Counted from the first letter of the stretch, positions 9,453 through 19,769 are shown. The stretch: DNA of 54,189 bases from Dehalococcoidia bacterium (GCA_011192005.1 DUFB01000068.1:1-54189); one strand, 5' to 3'. Notes: a model not told the origin generated them from the letters alone. Numbers and translations: made by a program.

Positions 9453-10211
9453 TTAATGTAAATATTCGCCTGCGTTGACAGCCAGCGTCTGGCCGGTAAT
9501 CATCCTGGCTTCGTCCGAGGCGAGAAAGACCACGGCGGCGGCGATGTCCTCCGGCTGGACGGCTTTCTTGATGAGCTGCCGGCCCGTCTGGTCGCCGCCT
9601 CCTCCGGAGTGCAGAGCCTGCATTGCCTCGGTATTGACCACGCCGGGCGCCACGGCATTTACGTTGATATTGAACTCGCCGAGAGCGGTCGCCAGGCCGC
9701 GGGTCATCGTCATCACACCACCCTTGGAAGTACTGTAGTGCAGGAAGTGAGTCGAGCCGTTGAAGCCAGCCGTCGAGGCGATATTCACAATGCTGCCCTG
9801 GCCCTGTTTCTTCATATAGGACATCACAGCCTTGCAGCAGTTAAAGGTGCCCTTGATATTTACCTCAAGATACCTGTCCCAGTCCTTGGCCACCATCTCT
9901 TCCACCGGTTTAATAAAATCGGGGATTTCAATACCACCGATAGCCCCGGCATTATTGACCAGAACATCTATCCTTCCGAATCGCTCGATGGTTTTTTGAG
10001 CCATCACGGCAACATCGTTTTCACTGGTAATATCGGTTTCTAGAGCAAGGACTTCTCCGTCGTTGGCCTCTATCTCTCTGGCAACCGGCTCGCATTCCAG
10101 GATATCGCAGACGGTCAATTTAGCCCCTTCCTGAGCGCAGCGCAAGGCAATAGCCCTGCCCAGACCGCGGGCACTCCCCGTAACGATACAAACCTTGTTT
10201 TCCAGTCTCAT
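9453..10211 (-). CDS. SDR family NAD(P)-dependent oxidoreductase
   Basis: TGSARGLG, NNAG, YSTSK catalytic motif, NAVAPG. Confidence 0.95.
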   Translation of the reverse strand: MRLENKVCIVTGSARGLGRAIALRCAQEGAKLTVCDILECEPVAREIEANDGEVLALETDITSENDVAVMAQKTIERFGRIDVLVNNAGAIGGIEIPDFIKPVEEMVAKDWDRYLEVNIKGTFNCCKAVMSYMKKQGQGSIVNIASTAGFNGSTHFLHYSTSKGGVMTMTRGLATALGEFNINVNAVAPGVVNTEAMQALHSGGGGDQTGRQLIKKAVQPEDIAAAVVFLASDEARMITGQTLAVNAGEYLH

Positions 10212-10237
10212 TTTTCCACCCCCCTCTCCGAGATTTG

Positions 10238-12871
10238 TTACACTACCCAGGCATTAAAGCGTAGCCCGGAAGCAGGGTCGTATTCTCTTTCAAAGGCGGC
10301 AGGATATCGCTCTCGCCATTCTTCCATCTGAGCCATAGATACTTTCTCGACTTCGACCAGATAGCCGCTGGTAGCCATGCCGGCAGAATTTTTGGACGTT
10401 ATACCCTCCGGCGAGATGAGGTTGATGGCACCGCCTCTGTCCAGCTCTCCCGGAATAATAAAGTCGACCCTGGCCCCGTGGTCGATATAAGCTACACCGG
10501 GCATCAGGCGCTCGGTGACGTAAGCACCTGCAAGGACAGTACCTCTCTCGTTGTATATCTTTACTATATCGCCATTCCTGATACCCCGCTCAGCGGCGGT
10601 CTTGGGATTGAGCCATAGGGGCTCGTACATGTAACCGTCCCAACCCCTGACCTTGCCCGTCGGGGTCTCCCGCGTCCATGAGATATCGTCGCACTGGGCA
10701 TGCACCCGCCACCGGCCGTGGTTGGACATCAACAGAAGCGGGTACTTTTTGGCCCTTTCGCTGGAAAGCCTCTCATCATGCGTAGGGCCTTTTTCAACCC
10801 ATTTTGGCACCGGGGGCCTTTCTTCATCATCCGGGAAGTGCTCGGCTAATCTCGCCGAGTATAACTCAAGCTTGCCGGAAGGCGTAGGCAGGGGATACTT
10901 GTCAGGGTCTTTATAAAACTGGCTCATGCCGGGCGGGTCTTTCTCCCAATCAGGAGCCGTGGGATAGACGTAATACTGCTTTTCGTTGAAGTCTTCCCAG
11001 CTGATAACCTCTTCCAATCCAAGACCCTCATAGACATATTTAATTAAGTCCTCCACAGTACGCCCAGCGGTAATTTCCTCGTATTTGCCCAGCTTTTTAG
11101 CTACTTCGAGCATTATCTCGTAATCGCTCTTGGACTCGCCAATGGGTTTAATAGCTTGTTTTTGCAACAATACGTTCTCGAACTGCACGCCCTGCATTGT
11201 GTTGGGCATGATATCGTCGACCTCGAAATGGGTATTGGCCGGCAGGACGATATCGGCGGTAAGGCAATCGTTCTCCATCCAAGGGTGCTGGACGATAATA
11301 CATTCTATCTCGGGGCTCCTGAGCTCTTCAATCACCTTATTACCATAATTCCAGCAGGTAGGCCGGCAGGGCGTATCGGACCATATCATGTGTATTTCAG
11401 AACCGCCTTCTTCCTTGGGAGCGGGGAAATTGTACTGCACGAACTGGTCTTCTACCTGTGCGGCTGCCGAACTCGTACCGTACCAAGAGACGGGGGGATT
11501 TTGCAGGATAGAGTGCATGAGGACCTTGGGGAAATGCTGTTTCTGGTAGGCCAGGGCATGGGCGGCGAAGGAGCGCAGTATCGGGTCGGCGTACACCTCC
11601 TCGGTGCTCTTCCCGCCCAGGGATAAAGTAGCGTTTTTCGGCTTTACTGCCCGAGGCATCGAGGGGTTTACCCAGTACGGATTGCACTGGTGAACGCCCG
11701 GTGCGCCGAGTCCCTGCATCGCCAGTAGAATACATTCCAGGCGGGCAGGTTCGGTAGAGTACGGGCCCCTGATATAAGAGCCTCCGTAACCATGCGCAAT
11801 CGTCGTTACGTTGGCAGCAAACTCACGCGCCAGCGCTTTAATCGTCCATACCGGCACGCCGCACTTGGGCGACGCCCACTCGGGCGTCTTGGGCACGCCG
11901 TCTTCTTTGCCCGTAACATAGGCCTCTACCTCATCGAAGCCAACGGTGTGGGTAGCGATATATTCCTTATCGTAGGTGCCTTCTCTTATCCAGGTGTAAA
12001 TTATCGCCAGCTGCAGGGCGGCATCGGTGTTGGGCAATACCGGGACCCACTTATCGGCATGGACAGCGGCGCCGTAGTTAAGCTCGGGGCAGATATACAC
12101 CTGTTTGATACCAGCATCCCGCCAGAAATAGCTCAGGCGACTGGGAAACTGCCCACAGAATCCCCACGCCGACGTCTCCGGGTCGAAGCCCCAGCACAGT
12201 ATCAGCTCGCTGTTTTCGGAAACATCCTTAATGATGTTGGCTGCCGGGGCCATCATGCCCTGGTAGCCGGTCCCCCAGACATGCATCGAGCCCCAGTACC
12301 AGCCTTCCCAGCTGTCCGCATTCCTTATCTGCTGGGTAAAGCCCCCCATTTTACCCATGAGAGTCGACGGGGAGCCATGAGATGGATGCACTGTCTTGGA
12401 CTCGCCATGGCCTTCGGTCTGCGTACAGATCGCCAGCGGCCCGTATTTCGCCTGAATCCTCTTTATCTCGTGGGCGATGATATCAGTAGCCTCGTCCCAG
12501 GAGATTCTCTTATACTTGCTGATACCCCTGTTTTGAGTATTTCTCTCACCGTTGGGGTCCCAGTCAACCCTTTTCAGGGGATATTTTATCCGGTTGGGCG
12601 AATAAGCCCTCTTTTTATAGGCAATATTGAAAGGGGGAGGCAACGACTTCATATTCGGTTCCAGGTTGGCGCCGTTCCGCTCGATTTTCCAGGGATTCAG
12701 TTCTTCTTTTTGGTATTTCCAGTCATAGTGAAGCGGTCTAACCCGGACAATTCTCCCGTTCTTAACATCGCACACACCCTCGGCACCACCGCCCATGATA
12801 CCCATGAGACTCAGTGTCCTGACGAAAGTCTCCTCTTTACCTTCGGCGATAATCCTGTTTTCATCCGACAT
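10238..12871 (-). CDS. DMSO-reductase-family molybdoenzyme, pyrogallol transhydroxylase large-subunit-like
   Basis: YPLKRVDWDPNGERN, RISWDEA, DSWEGWYWG (putative Ser ligand), C-terminal MGD-binding domain. No N-terminal Fe-S Cys motif and no Tat signal. Confidence 0.87.
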   Translation of the reverse strand: MSDENRIIAEGKEETFVRTLSLMGIMGGGAEGVCDVKNGRIVRVRPLHYDWKYQKEELNPWKIERNGANLEPNMKSLPPPFNIAYKKRAYSPNRIKYPLKRVDWDPNGERNTQNRGISKYKRISWDEATDIIAHEIKRIQAKYGPLAICTQTEGHGESKTVHPSHGSPSTLMGKMGGFTQQIRNADSWEGWYWGSMHVWGTGYQGMMAPAANIIKDVSENSELILCWGFDPETSAWGFCGQFPSRLSYFWRDAGIKQVYICPELNYGAAVHADKWVPVLPNTDAALQLAIIYTWIREGTYDKEYIATHTVGFDEVEAYVTGKEDGVPKTPEWASPKCGVPVWTIKALAREFAANVTTIAHGYGGSYIRGPYSTEPARLECILLAMQGLGAPGVHQCNPYWVNPSMPRAVKPKNATLSLGGKSTEEVYADPILRSFAAHALAYQKQHFPKVLMHSILQNPPVSWYGTSSAAAQVEDQFVQYNFPAPKEEGGSEIHMIWSDTPCRPTCWNYGNKVIEELRSPEIECIIVQHPWMENDCLTADIVLPANTHFEVDDIMPNTMQGVQFENVLLQKQAIKPIGESKSDYEIMLEVAKKLGKYEEITAGRTVEDLIKYVYEGLGLEEVISWEDFNEKQYYVYPTAPDWEKDPPGMSQFYKDPDKYPLPTPSGKLELYSARLAEHFPDDEERPPVPKWVEKGPTHDERLSSERAKKYPLLLMSNHGRWRVHAQCDDISWTRETPTGKVRGWDGYMYEPLWLNPKTAAERGIRNGDIVKIYNERGTVLAGAYVTERLMPGVAYIDHGARVDFIIPGELDRGGAINLISPEGITSKNSAGMATSGYLVEVEKVSMAQMEEWRERYPAAFEREYDPASGLRFNAWVV

Positions 12872-13000
12872 GACAAAATACTCCTGTAAGATTTATCTTA
12901 TACTTAATTCCAGTGATATTATTAATTCATACCGGTTTATCATATGAAATATGCCAATTTGGTGACCATAATCTAACATATTCAACAAGTTTTTAGAAAT

Positions 13001-14236
13001 CTATCCCATCGGGCGGGAAATGGTTTCTTCCGTTCTATAATGTGTTTCTTTTACCATAAGGAGCAGGGGCAATGCCACGACCGACAGGATTGCCCAGAAG
13101 AAAATGGGCAGGTCATCGTTGAAGTGGGTAAGGCTGTTGCCAATCGGGGGCGAGATGGTAGCCCCCAGCATCCCCAGGGTAGCTGTCAGACCGATTGCCG
13201 TCCCGCCGTAAGTTCCGCTAACACCCTTGATTTCGAAAATCATGGTATTAGCCAGAGCCGCAACACCAGACCGTAATACCCCGCCAGCAATAAGGACTAT
13301 CCAGACTCCGGTAGGATTGACGAGAGGGACCAGTCCCAGGCTCAATGCCAGGACGAGGACAGCGAATGTAATTACTATCTTTCGGGAGCCTATTCTGTCC
13401 GAAATCAATACCATGGGAATTACGCCGAGAATCCCGATGCCACTGAAAGCAGTCATGGCGCCATCCGCCAGCTCCGGTTCCCAGCCGATGTTACGGAGAT
13501 ATAGCGGCAGGTACCCTCCGAAGCCCAGATTGGCACCCCAGTAGGTCAGTAGAAGAGCGCCTATAAGCCACACATCTTTGATACGCATGACCCTAGCCAA
13601 CGTACTGCGGAACGCCTCTCTGGTGATTGGTGCAGTCTCGGTGTCCTGCCCTTCGGGTTCGCGTCCCGTGAACCACCAGAGCAACCCCAGCAGCACCGGA
13701 GGCGCACCGAAGAAAAACAGCACGTTCCGCCAGCTACCCAGTAACGGTGAAAGAAGCGTGGCACTGGACAGGGTCGCCAGCACGGCGCCGATAGACCAGG
13801 CCACATTCAACATACCGTTAGCCAGGCCCAGACGCTTATCGGCAAACCACACCGCGGTAACCTTGGGTACGATACTCGGCGTAACCGCCGCCATCAGGCC
13901 GAAAAGGAACATGAAAGCCGCCATGCTGAGGAAATCCACCGAAAATCCCCTTAGCGCTGCGAAGATACCTGCCAGTATACAGACTATCGTTAACATACGC
14001 TTTACCCCGAACCTGTCGGCAAGAAGACCGCCCGGTAGACCCAGGAATACTCCGGCCAGGGGGTCCATGCCCCAGATAGTACCGATAGCCACCATGCTCA
14101 AGCCCAGTTCGGCGGAGATTTCCGGGAAAAGCACGGGCATGCAGAGTCGGGCTGAGCCGGCGATGGAGCCGTATGTACCCATAGCCAGGAGAAGGATATA
14201 CCATCGGTAATAAGAACCGCTTCGCATGGATTTCAT
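13001..14236 (-). CDS. MFS transporter
   Basis: About 12 TM segments; motif A GLLADRFGVKR and ISDRIGSRK. Confidence 0.92.
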   Translation of the reverse strand: MKSMRSGSYYRWYILLLAMGTYGSIAGSARLCMPVLFPEISAELGLSMVAIGTIWGMDPLAGVFLGLPGGLLADRFGVKRMLTIVCILAGIFAALRGFSVDFLSMAAFMFLFGLMAAVTPSIVPKVTAVWFADKRLGLANGMLNVAWSIGAVLATLSSATLLSPLLGSWRNVLFFFGAPPVLLGLLWWFTGREPEGQDTETAPITREAFRSTLARVMRIKDVWLIGALLLTYWGANLGFGGYLPLYLRNIGWEPELADGAMTAFSGIGILGVIPMVLISDRIGSRKIVITFAVLVLALSLGLVPLVNPTGVWIVLIAGGVLRSGVAALANTMIFEIKGVSGTYGGTAIGLTATLGMLGATISPPIGNSLTHFNDDLPIFFWAILSVVALPLLLMVKETHYRTEETISRPMG

Positions 14237-14469
14237 AGTTAATATCCTGACGGAATAGCCCCGGAAGTAAATTCCGGGTACCCAATAATCCTACCACCTT
14301 TATCAATCCCGATGCCAGTTTGTAACGTTGAGATATCTATCTAGGGAATTCGATGGAAAAAAAGAAGTATTGAAAATATGCTATAATGACTCTAAATTTC
14401 ACTACCGGATTTATTATCAGCAGTATTTATATCACATACAATCACGACTTTTTAAATAGGAGGTAATCA

Positions 14470-14931
14470 ATGCCAAATAAATGGGAATTTTCTCACGCAG
14501 CTCTGGTAGTCAGGGACATAGATAAAGCCGCTAAGTACTTAGAGGCCCTTAATGCGGGCCCATTCCCGCCTTTTCTGGGGGGCTCGGGGATGTCATTCAG
14601 CGGAAAAACGGTCCGGGGCGAATCGTCCGACTACGATATGGACCTGAGAATCGGCCGCGGTGATATCGGTGGGTTGAAGATGGAGATAATACAGCCCCTC
14701 AAGGGGAACTCAATATACAGTGAGTTCCTGGAAGAAAAAGGCGAAGGCCTGCACCACCTCGCTTTCATGGTTGATGACGTCGATGCGGAAATAGCGGAGC
14801 TTAAGAAAAAGGGGCTCAGGGTAATCCAGACCGGAGCCATGCCGAACACCAAATGGGCTTACCTGGAAGGCGAGGAATCGGGCGGCATGATAATAGAGTT
14901 ATGCCAGAGGCCGAAAGGACAGGCTCACTAA
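14470..14931 (+). CDS. VOC/glyoxalase family protein (methylmalonyl-CoA epimerase-like)
   Basis: HAALVVRD, MEIIQP, FLEEKGEGLHHLAF, IIEL; AGGAGG RBS. Confidence 0.88.
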   Translation: MPNKWEFSHAALVVRDIDKAAKYLEALNAGPFPPFLGGSGMSFSGKTVRGESSDYDMDLRIGRGDIGGLKMEIIQPLKGNSIYSEFLEEKGEGLHHLAFMVDDVDAEIAELKKKGLRVIQTGAMPNTKWAYLEGEESGGMIIELCQRPKGQAH

Positions 14932-14954
14932 AACAAACAGAAGCGGGTATTAAA

Positions 14955-16793
14955 ATGCTAAAAGGTTATAACGGGAAAATCCTGCGTCTTGATTTATCCA
15001 CCGGGAGTATAGATTACGAATCCATCGATGAAGATATCGCCAGGAAATACATCGGCGGCGTCGGCCTGGCGGCGAAAATCCTCTGGGACGAAACAACCGT
15101 CGATACGGCGCCCCTTTCGCCCGAAAACGAACTGGTATTCATGGCAGGCCCGGTCACGGGCAGCGCGCTACCGAAGAGCAGCCGGTATATCGTGGCGGGA
15201 ATATCCCCGGCAACCGGCATCTGGGGTCAGGCACATTCCGGTGGTTACTTCGCCGATGAGCTGAGGCATGCCAGCCTCGACGGCATAGTGGTCAGGGGAC
15301 AATCGAGCAAGCCGGTGTATCTCTGGATTAAGGACGGCAAAGTGGAATTACGTGACGCCGCGCATGTCTGGGGCAAGGATACCTGGGAAGTATCCGATAT
15401 GCTACAGAAGGAGACCGATGCTAAAGCCAGTGTCGCCTGCATCGGGGTGGCGGGAGAAAAGCTGGTAAAAATCGCCGGGATAATGAACGACGGCAAGCAG
15501 GGAAGAGCCGCGGCCCGGTGCGGTCTGGGGGCTCTGATGGGGTCGAAGAAGCTGAAAGCTATCGCCATAAGGGGAACGCTGCCTCTCAGCTTTTACGATG
15601 AAGAAAAATTTAAAGAAAGTACGGATAAGATTCTTGCTTTTTGCCGCAACCGGAAGCTGGAAGAGAGAATCGCCGGCGACAGCCACGTGTTCAGGAGCTT
15701 CTTCGAGTTCGGCCGCGTGCCGGTAAAAAACTGGTCGGAAGGCTCCTTCGAGGAAGGATACGTTTACACGGATGCCATGCGGGACGCCGTACCCCTGCAT
15801 TGCGCCCGCTGTCCTAACAGCTGTCTGGAGTCGTACAAGCTTAAAAGCGGCGAGCGGCACATGGTATGGGAAGCCTGGGGTCCCCTGGGAACCAACTGCC
15901 TGATAGCCGATGCCGAGGTGATGCAGCAGGCGTACACCCTCTGCAACAAATACGGCCTGGACACGATATCAGCGGGGGCCGTCATCGCTTTCGCCATGGA
16001 ATGCTACGAGAATGGATTGATTACGAAAGAGGATACCGACGGCATCGACCTGGTGTGGGGCAATCAACTAGCAACGATGGAGATGTTAAAGAAAATAGGC
16101 GAGAGGGAAGGACTCGGGGAGTTGCTGGGTGAGGGTGTGAAAACAGCGGCGGAGCGTATCGGAGGGGATGCTTACAAATATGCCATGCACGTCAAGGGGC
16201 TGGAGTTCCCCGCTCATGAGCCCAGAGCGCTGGCAAGCCACGCCCTGGGATACGCCACCGGCAGTATCGGGGCGGCGCACATGGAGACCGCTGGAGCCGA
16301 CCACCTGGAAAACTGCATGGAACTCGATGACCCCCGGACCTCTCCGGAACTGGGTTTCCCGGTGGCTTTACAACGGTTCGAGACCGAAGGCAAAGGCAGG
16401 CTGGTGGCGGTAACGCAGGACTTAAGCTGCATGATGGACTCGCTGACGGTCTGCCTGTTCCTAGGCATGGGCCCGGGGATACAACCGTCGCATTACGTGG
16501 CAGTCCTGAACAGTGCTACCGGGTGGGACATGAACCTGAAAGACTTCTTAAAGACAGGAGAGCGCATCCATAACATGAAACGCATGTTCAGCGTGAAGCG
16601 CGGCATCAGCCGCAGGGACGATACGCTGCCGGCGAGAGTTCTCACCGACAGACTTACCTCCGGAGGTACCAGAGGTAATATTTTCGACATGGACGTAATG
16701 CTGGACGAATACTACTCCTACAGGGGATGGAATGAAGACGGTATCCCGACCCGGGCGAAACTGGTTGAGCTGGGGCTGGAAGAGTGCCTTTAA
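14955..16793 (+). CDS. aor: Aldehyde:ferredoxin oxidoreductase family (tungsten) enzyme
   Basis: GYNGKILRLDLS, YIGGVG, AARCGLGALMGSKKLKAI, CARCPNSC, GLDTIS, DSLTVC, YYSYRGW. Start reassigned to ATG 14955. Confidence 0.93.
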   Translation: MLKGYNGKILRLDLSTGSIDYESIDEDIARKYIGGVGLAAKILWDETTVDTAPLSPENELVFMAGPVTGSALPKSSRYIVAGISPATGIWGQAHSGGYFADELRHASLDGIVVRGQSSKPVYLWIKDGKVELRDAAHVWGKDTWEVSDMLQKETDAKASVACIGVAGEKLVKIAGIMNDGKQGRAAARCGLGALMGSKKLKAIAIRGTLPLSFYDEEKFKESTDKILAFCRNRKLEERIAGDSHVFRSFFEFGRVPVKNWSEGSFEEGYVYTDAMRDAVPLHCARCPNSCLESYKLKSGERHMVWEAWGPLGTNCLIADAEVMQQAYTLCNKYGLDTISAGAVIAFAMECYENGLITKEDTDGIDLVWGNQLATMEMLKKIGEREGLGELLGEGVKTAAERIGGDAYKYAMHVKGLEFPAHEPRALASHALGYATGSIGAAHMETAGADHLENCMELDDPRTSPELGFPVALQRFETEGKGRLVAVTQDLSCMMDSLTVCLFLGMGPGIQPSHYVAVLNSATGWDMNLKDFLKTGERIHNMKRMFSVKRGISRRDDTLPARVLTDRLTSGGTRGNIFDMDVMLDEYYSYRGWNEDGIPTRAKLVELGLEECL

Positions 16794-16819
16794 AAATACA
16801 CGATCGATTGGAGACCGAT

Positions 16820-18961
16820 ATGTCCCCGGAAACAAATGAAAAACATGACGAGAAAGTAGTTAAATCCACCTGCCGGATGTGCCACGGCGTCTGCGGCGTT
16901 TTGGTACATATTAAGGATGGCAGGGTGGTCGAGGTTACCGGCGACCCGGACTGTCCCACCAACCTGGGTTATATCTGCCCGAAGGGCAGGGCATCGGTGG
17001 AATTCCTGTATCATCCCGACCGCCTGAAATACCCGATGAAGAGAACCGGTGAGCGCGGCGAGAACAGGTGGCAGAGAATCAGCTGGGACGAAGCCCTGGA
17101 CACCATCGCTGAAAAGCTCATGAAATTTAAGAGTGAATCGGGGGCAGAGTCGGTAGCGACCATCATCGGCACGGGGCGTCCCCTGCTGCCAATGTACATG
17201 CGTTTTTCCAACTGTTTCGGCACACCGAATCATCTCAGCATTATCAATAACTGCTACTTCCCCAGGATAGCCGCGGCACGCATGACCAGCGGCAAGTTCC
17301 CGGTCTGCGATTACTACGGTTTCGGCGGACAGACCCCGAAGCTGATATTGAACTGGGGTTGCAACATCGTGGGCTCGGGGGCCGCCGACGGCATGTGCGG
17401 TTACCAAGTAACGCGAACGGTAAAAAACGGCACCAAGTTGATAGTCGTCGACCCGAGGAAGACCGGCCTGGCCGCCCAGGCCGACCACTGGCTGCAGATA
17501 CGCCCCGGCACTGACGACGCCCTGGCGCTGGGAATGCTGAACGTCATTATCAATGAAGAACTGTACGATAAAGAATTCGTCGATAAGTGGACAACAGGAT
17601 TTGATGAGTTTGCCGAAAGGGTAAACGAATATCCCCCGGAAAGGGTCGCGGAGATTACCTGGATACCCGCCGAAGAAATCAGGGCGGCAGCGCGACTATA
17701 CGCTACCACCAAGCCTGCCTGCATACAGTGGGGTAACGGCCTCGACCATAATATAAATACCTTTCAGACCGTACGCGCCATCCACTGCCTTTCGGCGATT
17801 ACAGGTAACCTGGATACCCCCGGCGGTGATGTTTTTCTGGTTACACCGGATGGTCTCGTATCATTCGCAGTTCATAGCACTCATAGACATACGATGCATG
17901 AAAGAATTACCCCCGAACTAAAGGCAAGAATGGTCGGCGGCGGTAAATACAGGGTCCTTGATACGGCGGTGATTCACCCGCGCCACCTGCTCGATACCAT
18001 CATGTCCGGCGAGCCATACCCCATCCGCGCTTTATTCGTCATGGGCAGCAACACTTTACTGAACCAGACCGACCCCATCAGGACAGCGCAGGCATTCAGG
18101 AAGGTTGAGTTCACGGTGGTAACAGAGCTGTTCATGACGCCGACCGCACAGCTGGCGGACATACTGCTTCCGGCATCAAGCTGGTTGGAAAACGACGAGA
18201 TTGCCGATACCCACATGGGCTGGGTCGCCCTCGTCAGGCAAAAAGTGGAGCAGATAGGCGAGTGTCGCGACGATAAACAAATCCTCTTCGATTTAGCTCA
18301 CAGAATGGGGATGCACGATGATTTCCCCTGGAAAAACGTCATCGAGTTCTGTGACTGGATATTGAAAGGCGCTGGTATTACATTCGAGGAATTCAAGAAG
18401 CTTGGCATAATAACAGCCAAAATGCGGTATAAAAAATACGAGCAGGACGGATTCAATACGCCCTCGGGGAAGGTGGAACTGAAGTGCTCGACGCTGGAAG
18501 CGATGGGATACGACCCCCTGCCTTATTACGTCGAGCCGCCGGAGAGTCCCTACTCTACGCCCGAACTTGCCAGAGAATACCCCCTGATTATCACCCTCGG
18601 CAGCCGGATTCTGGGATTTTTCTGCTCCGAAGGACGGCAGATAAAGTCGCTGCGCAAGCTCAATCCCGACCCCCTCATGGAAATCCACCCCGATACGGCG
18701 GGCAAACTGGGCATCAAGGAAGGTGACTGGGTCTGGATTGAGAGCCAGCGGGGCAGGATAAAGCAGCGGGCGAAACTAACCGACGGCATTCATCCCAAAG
18801 TAGTTCATGCCCAGCACGGCTGGTGGTTCCCCGAGAAAAAGCCGCCGGAGTACGGCTTCACGGAATCCAACGTGAACCTCTTAGCCGCCGACATGCCCTG
18901 CGATCCTCACACCGGTTCCGAGTCGCTCCGTTCGTTTCTATGTAAAGTGTATAAAGTATAG
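16820..18961 (+). CDS. Bis-MGD Mo/W oxidoreductase, acetylene-hydratase-like clade
   Basis: CRMCHGVC...C [4Fe-4S] motif, RISWDEALD, putative Cys ligand in NNCYFP, IRPGTDDALALGM, C-terminal HGWW domain. No Tat signal. Confidence 0.88.
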   Translation: MSPETNEKHDEKVVKSTCRMCHGVCGVLVHIKDGRVVEVTGDPDCPTNLGYICPKGRASVEFLYHPDRLKYPMKRTGERGENRWQRISWDEALDTIAEKLMKFKSESGAESVATIIGTGRPLLPMYMRFSNCFGTPNHLSIINNCYFPRIAAARMTSGKFPVCDYYGFGGQTPKLILNWGCNIVGSGAADGMCGYQVTRTVKNGTKLIVVDPRKTGLAAQADHWLQIRPGTDDALALGMLNVIINEELYDKEFVDKWTTGFDEFAERVNEYPPERVAEITWIPAEEIRAAARLYATTKPACIQWGNGLDHNINTFQTVRAIHCLSAITGNLDTPGGDVFLVTPDGLVSFAVHSTHRHTMHERITPELKARMVGGGKYRVLDTAVIHPRHLLDTIMSGEPYPIRALFVMGSNTLLNQTDPIRTAQAFRKVEFTVVTELFMTPTAQLADILLPASSWLENDEIADTHMGWVALVRQKVEQIGECRDDKQILFDLAHRMGMHDDFPWKNVIEFCDWILKGAGITFEEFKKLGIITAKMRYKKYEQDGFNTPSGKVELKCSTLEAMGYDPLPYYVEPPESPYSTPELAREYPLIITLGSRILGFFCSEGRQIKSLRKLNPDPLMEIHPDTAGKLGIKEGDWVWIESQRGRIKQRAKLTDGIHPKVVHAQHGWWFPEKKPPEYGFTESNVNLLAADMPCDPHTGSESLRSFLCKVYKV

Positions 18962-19007
18962 TCGAGGGCACTAAATCCTCGGGGTAAACTGAAACAACCC
19001 AAGAGAG

Positions 19008-19769
19008 CTAGGGATTCTGGCTCTCCTCGTGCGTTTCCCTGGTTACCTTGGCATCCCACTCAACAAATTCTTCCCGGGTGGGTATCTCGTATCCCGGGGG
19101 AACCCACTTCATTTCCTTCAGGTTCTGGGCGATGGTAGGTATCCACTGGTAAGGGATGGATATCAGCATCAGGCCGTCCGGAAATACCCTCCGCCCGTTC
19201 ATACCGTAAGACATCCCGGTTACCATGTAATTCACCTTGCCGCTGAGATAGGGGTAGATATACAGCGAGGCACACTCACCCACAATCGTGCCGCGGCTCT
19301 CGTACATCTCACCGGTGGAATAGGTCATCGCCCTCATGATCAGTTCCCCCTGGCGCGGGGTAGCTAGGAGAACGAGAAGGTCCGGCTCGTACTGCAATTT
19401 GTCCAGCGGCGAATAAACAACATAATTGACCGAATTGTTCTCAAAATGAGGTACGAAAGTGCGGAGCCGCATGTTGGCACGCCCGTCCTGGAAAATTTCA
19501 AGCCTGACTCCAAGCGCGCCGCCGTCGGGACGGCGGGGAGTATCGTCCCTCATGCCGAGAAAGAACTTGCCGATACAGTTCTCTTCCTCCCTAGTCATAT
19601 AGAAAGGCGTGCCCCTTTCCTGCGCCTCTTTGACCATCTCGCAGAAGCCCAGCTGCTTATCCAGCTTCTCGATACCTTCCGGCTTGTGCAATGAATAGTT
19701 GATAGCCACGGGCGGTTTCACCAGATCCAATTTAAGGTAGATGGACAGGTCAGTTTGAAGCGGTCTCAT
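19008..19769 (-). CDS. DUF169 domain protein
   Basis: PVAINY, FCEM, NCIGKFFLG, YEPDLLV, ECASLY; paralog of the genes at 4941 and 5738. Confidence 0.82.
   Translation of the reverse strand: MRPLQTDLSIYLKLDLVKPPVAINYSLHKPEGIEKLDKQLGFCEMVKEAQERGTPFYMTREEENCIGKFFLGMRDDTPRRPDGGALGVRLEIFQDGRANMRLRTFVPHFENNSVNYVVYSPLDKLQYEPDLLVLLATPRQGELIMRAMTYSTGEMYESRGTIVGECASLYIYPYLSGKVNYMVTGMSYGMNGRRVFPDGLMLISIPYQWIPTIAQNLKEMKWVPPGYEIPTREEFVEWDAKVTRETHEESQNP

Noticed and set aside
11792-12889. 365-aa plus-strand ORF
   Set aside because: Antisense shadow of the molybdoenzyme gene; no recognisable motifs.
14853-14954. ORF-track N-terminal extensions (aor here; also 22612, 25313, 39883, 48254)
   Set aside because: They overlap neighbouring genes or promoters; downstream starts fit RBS position and family N-termini better.
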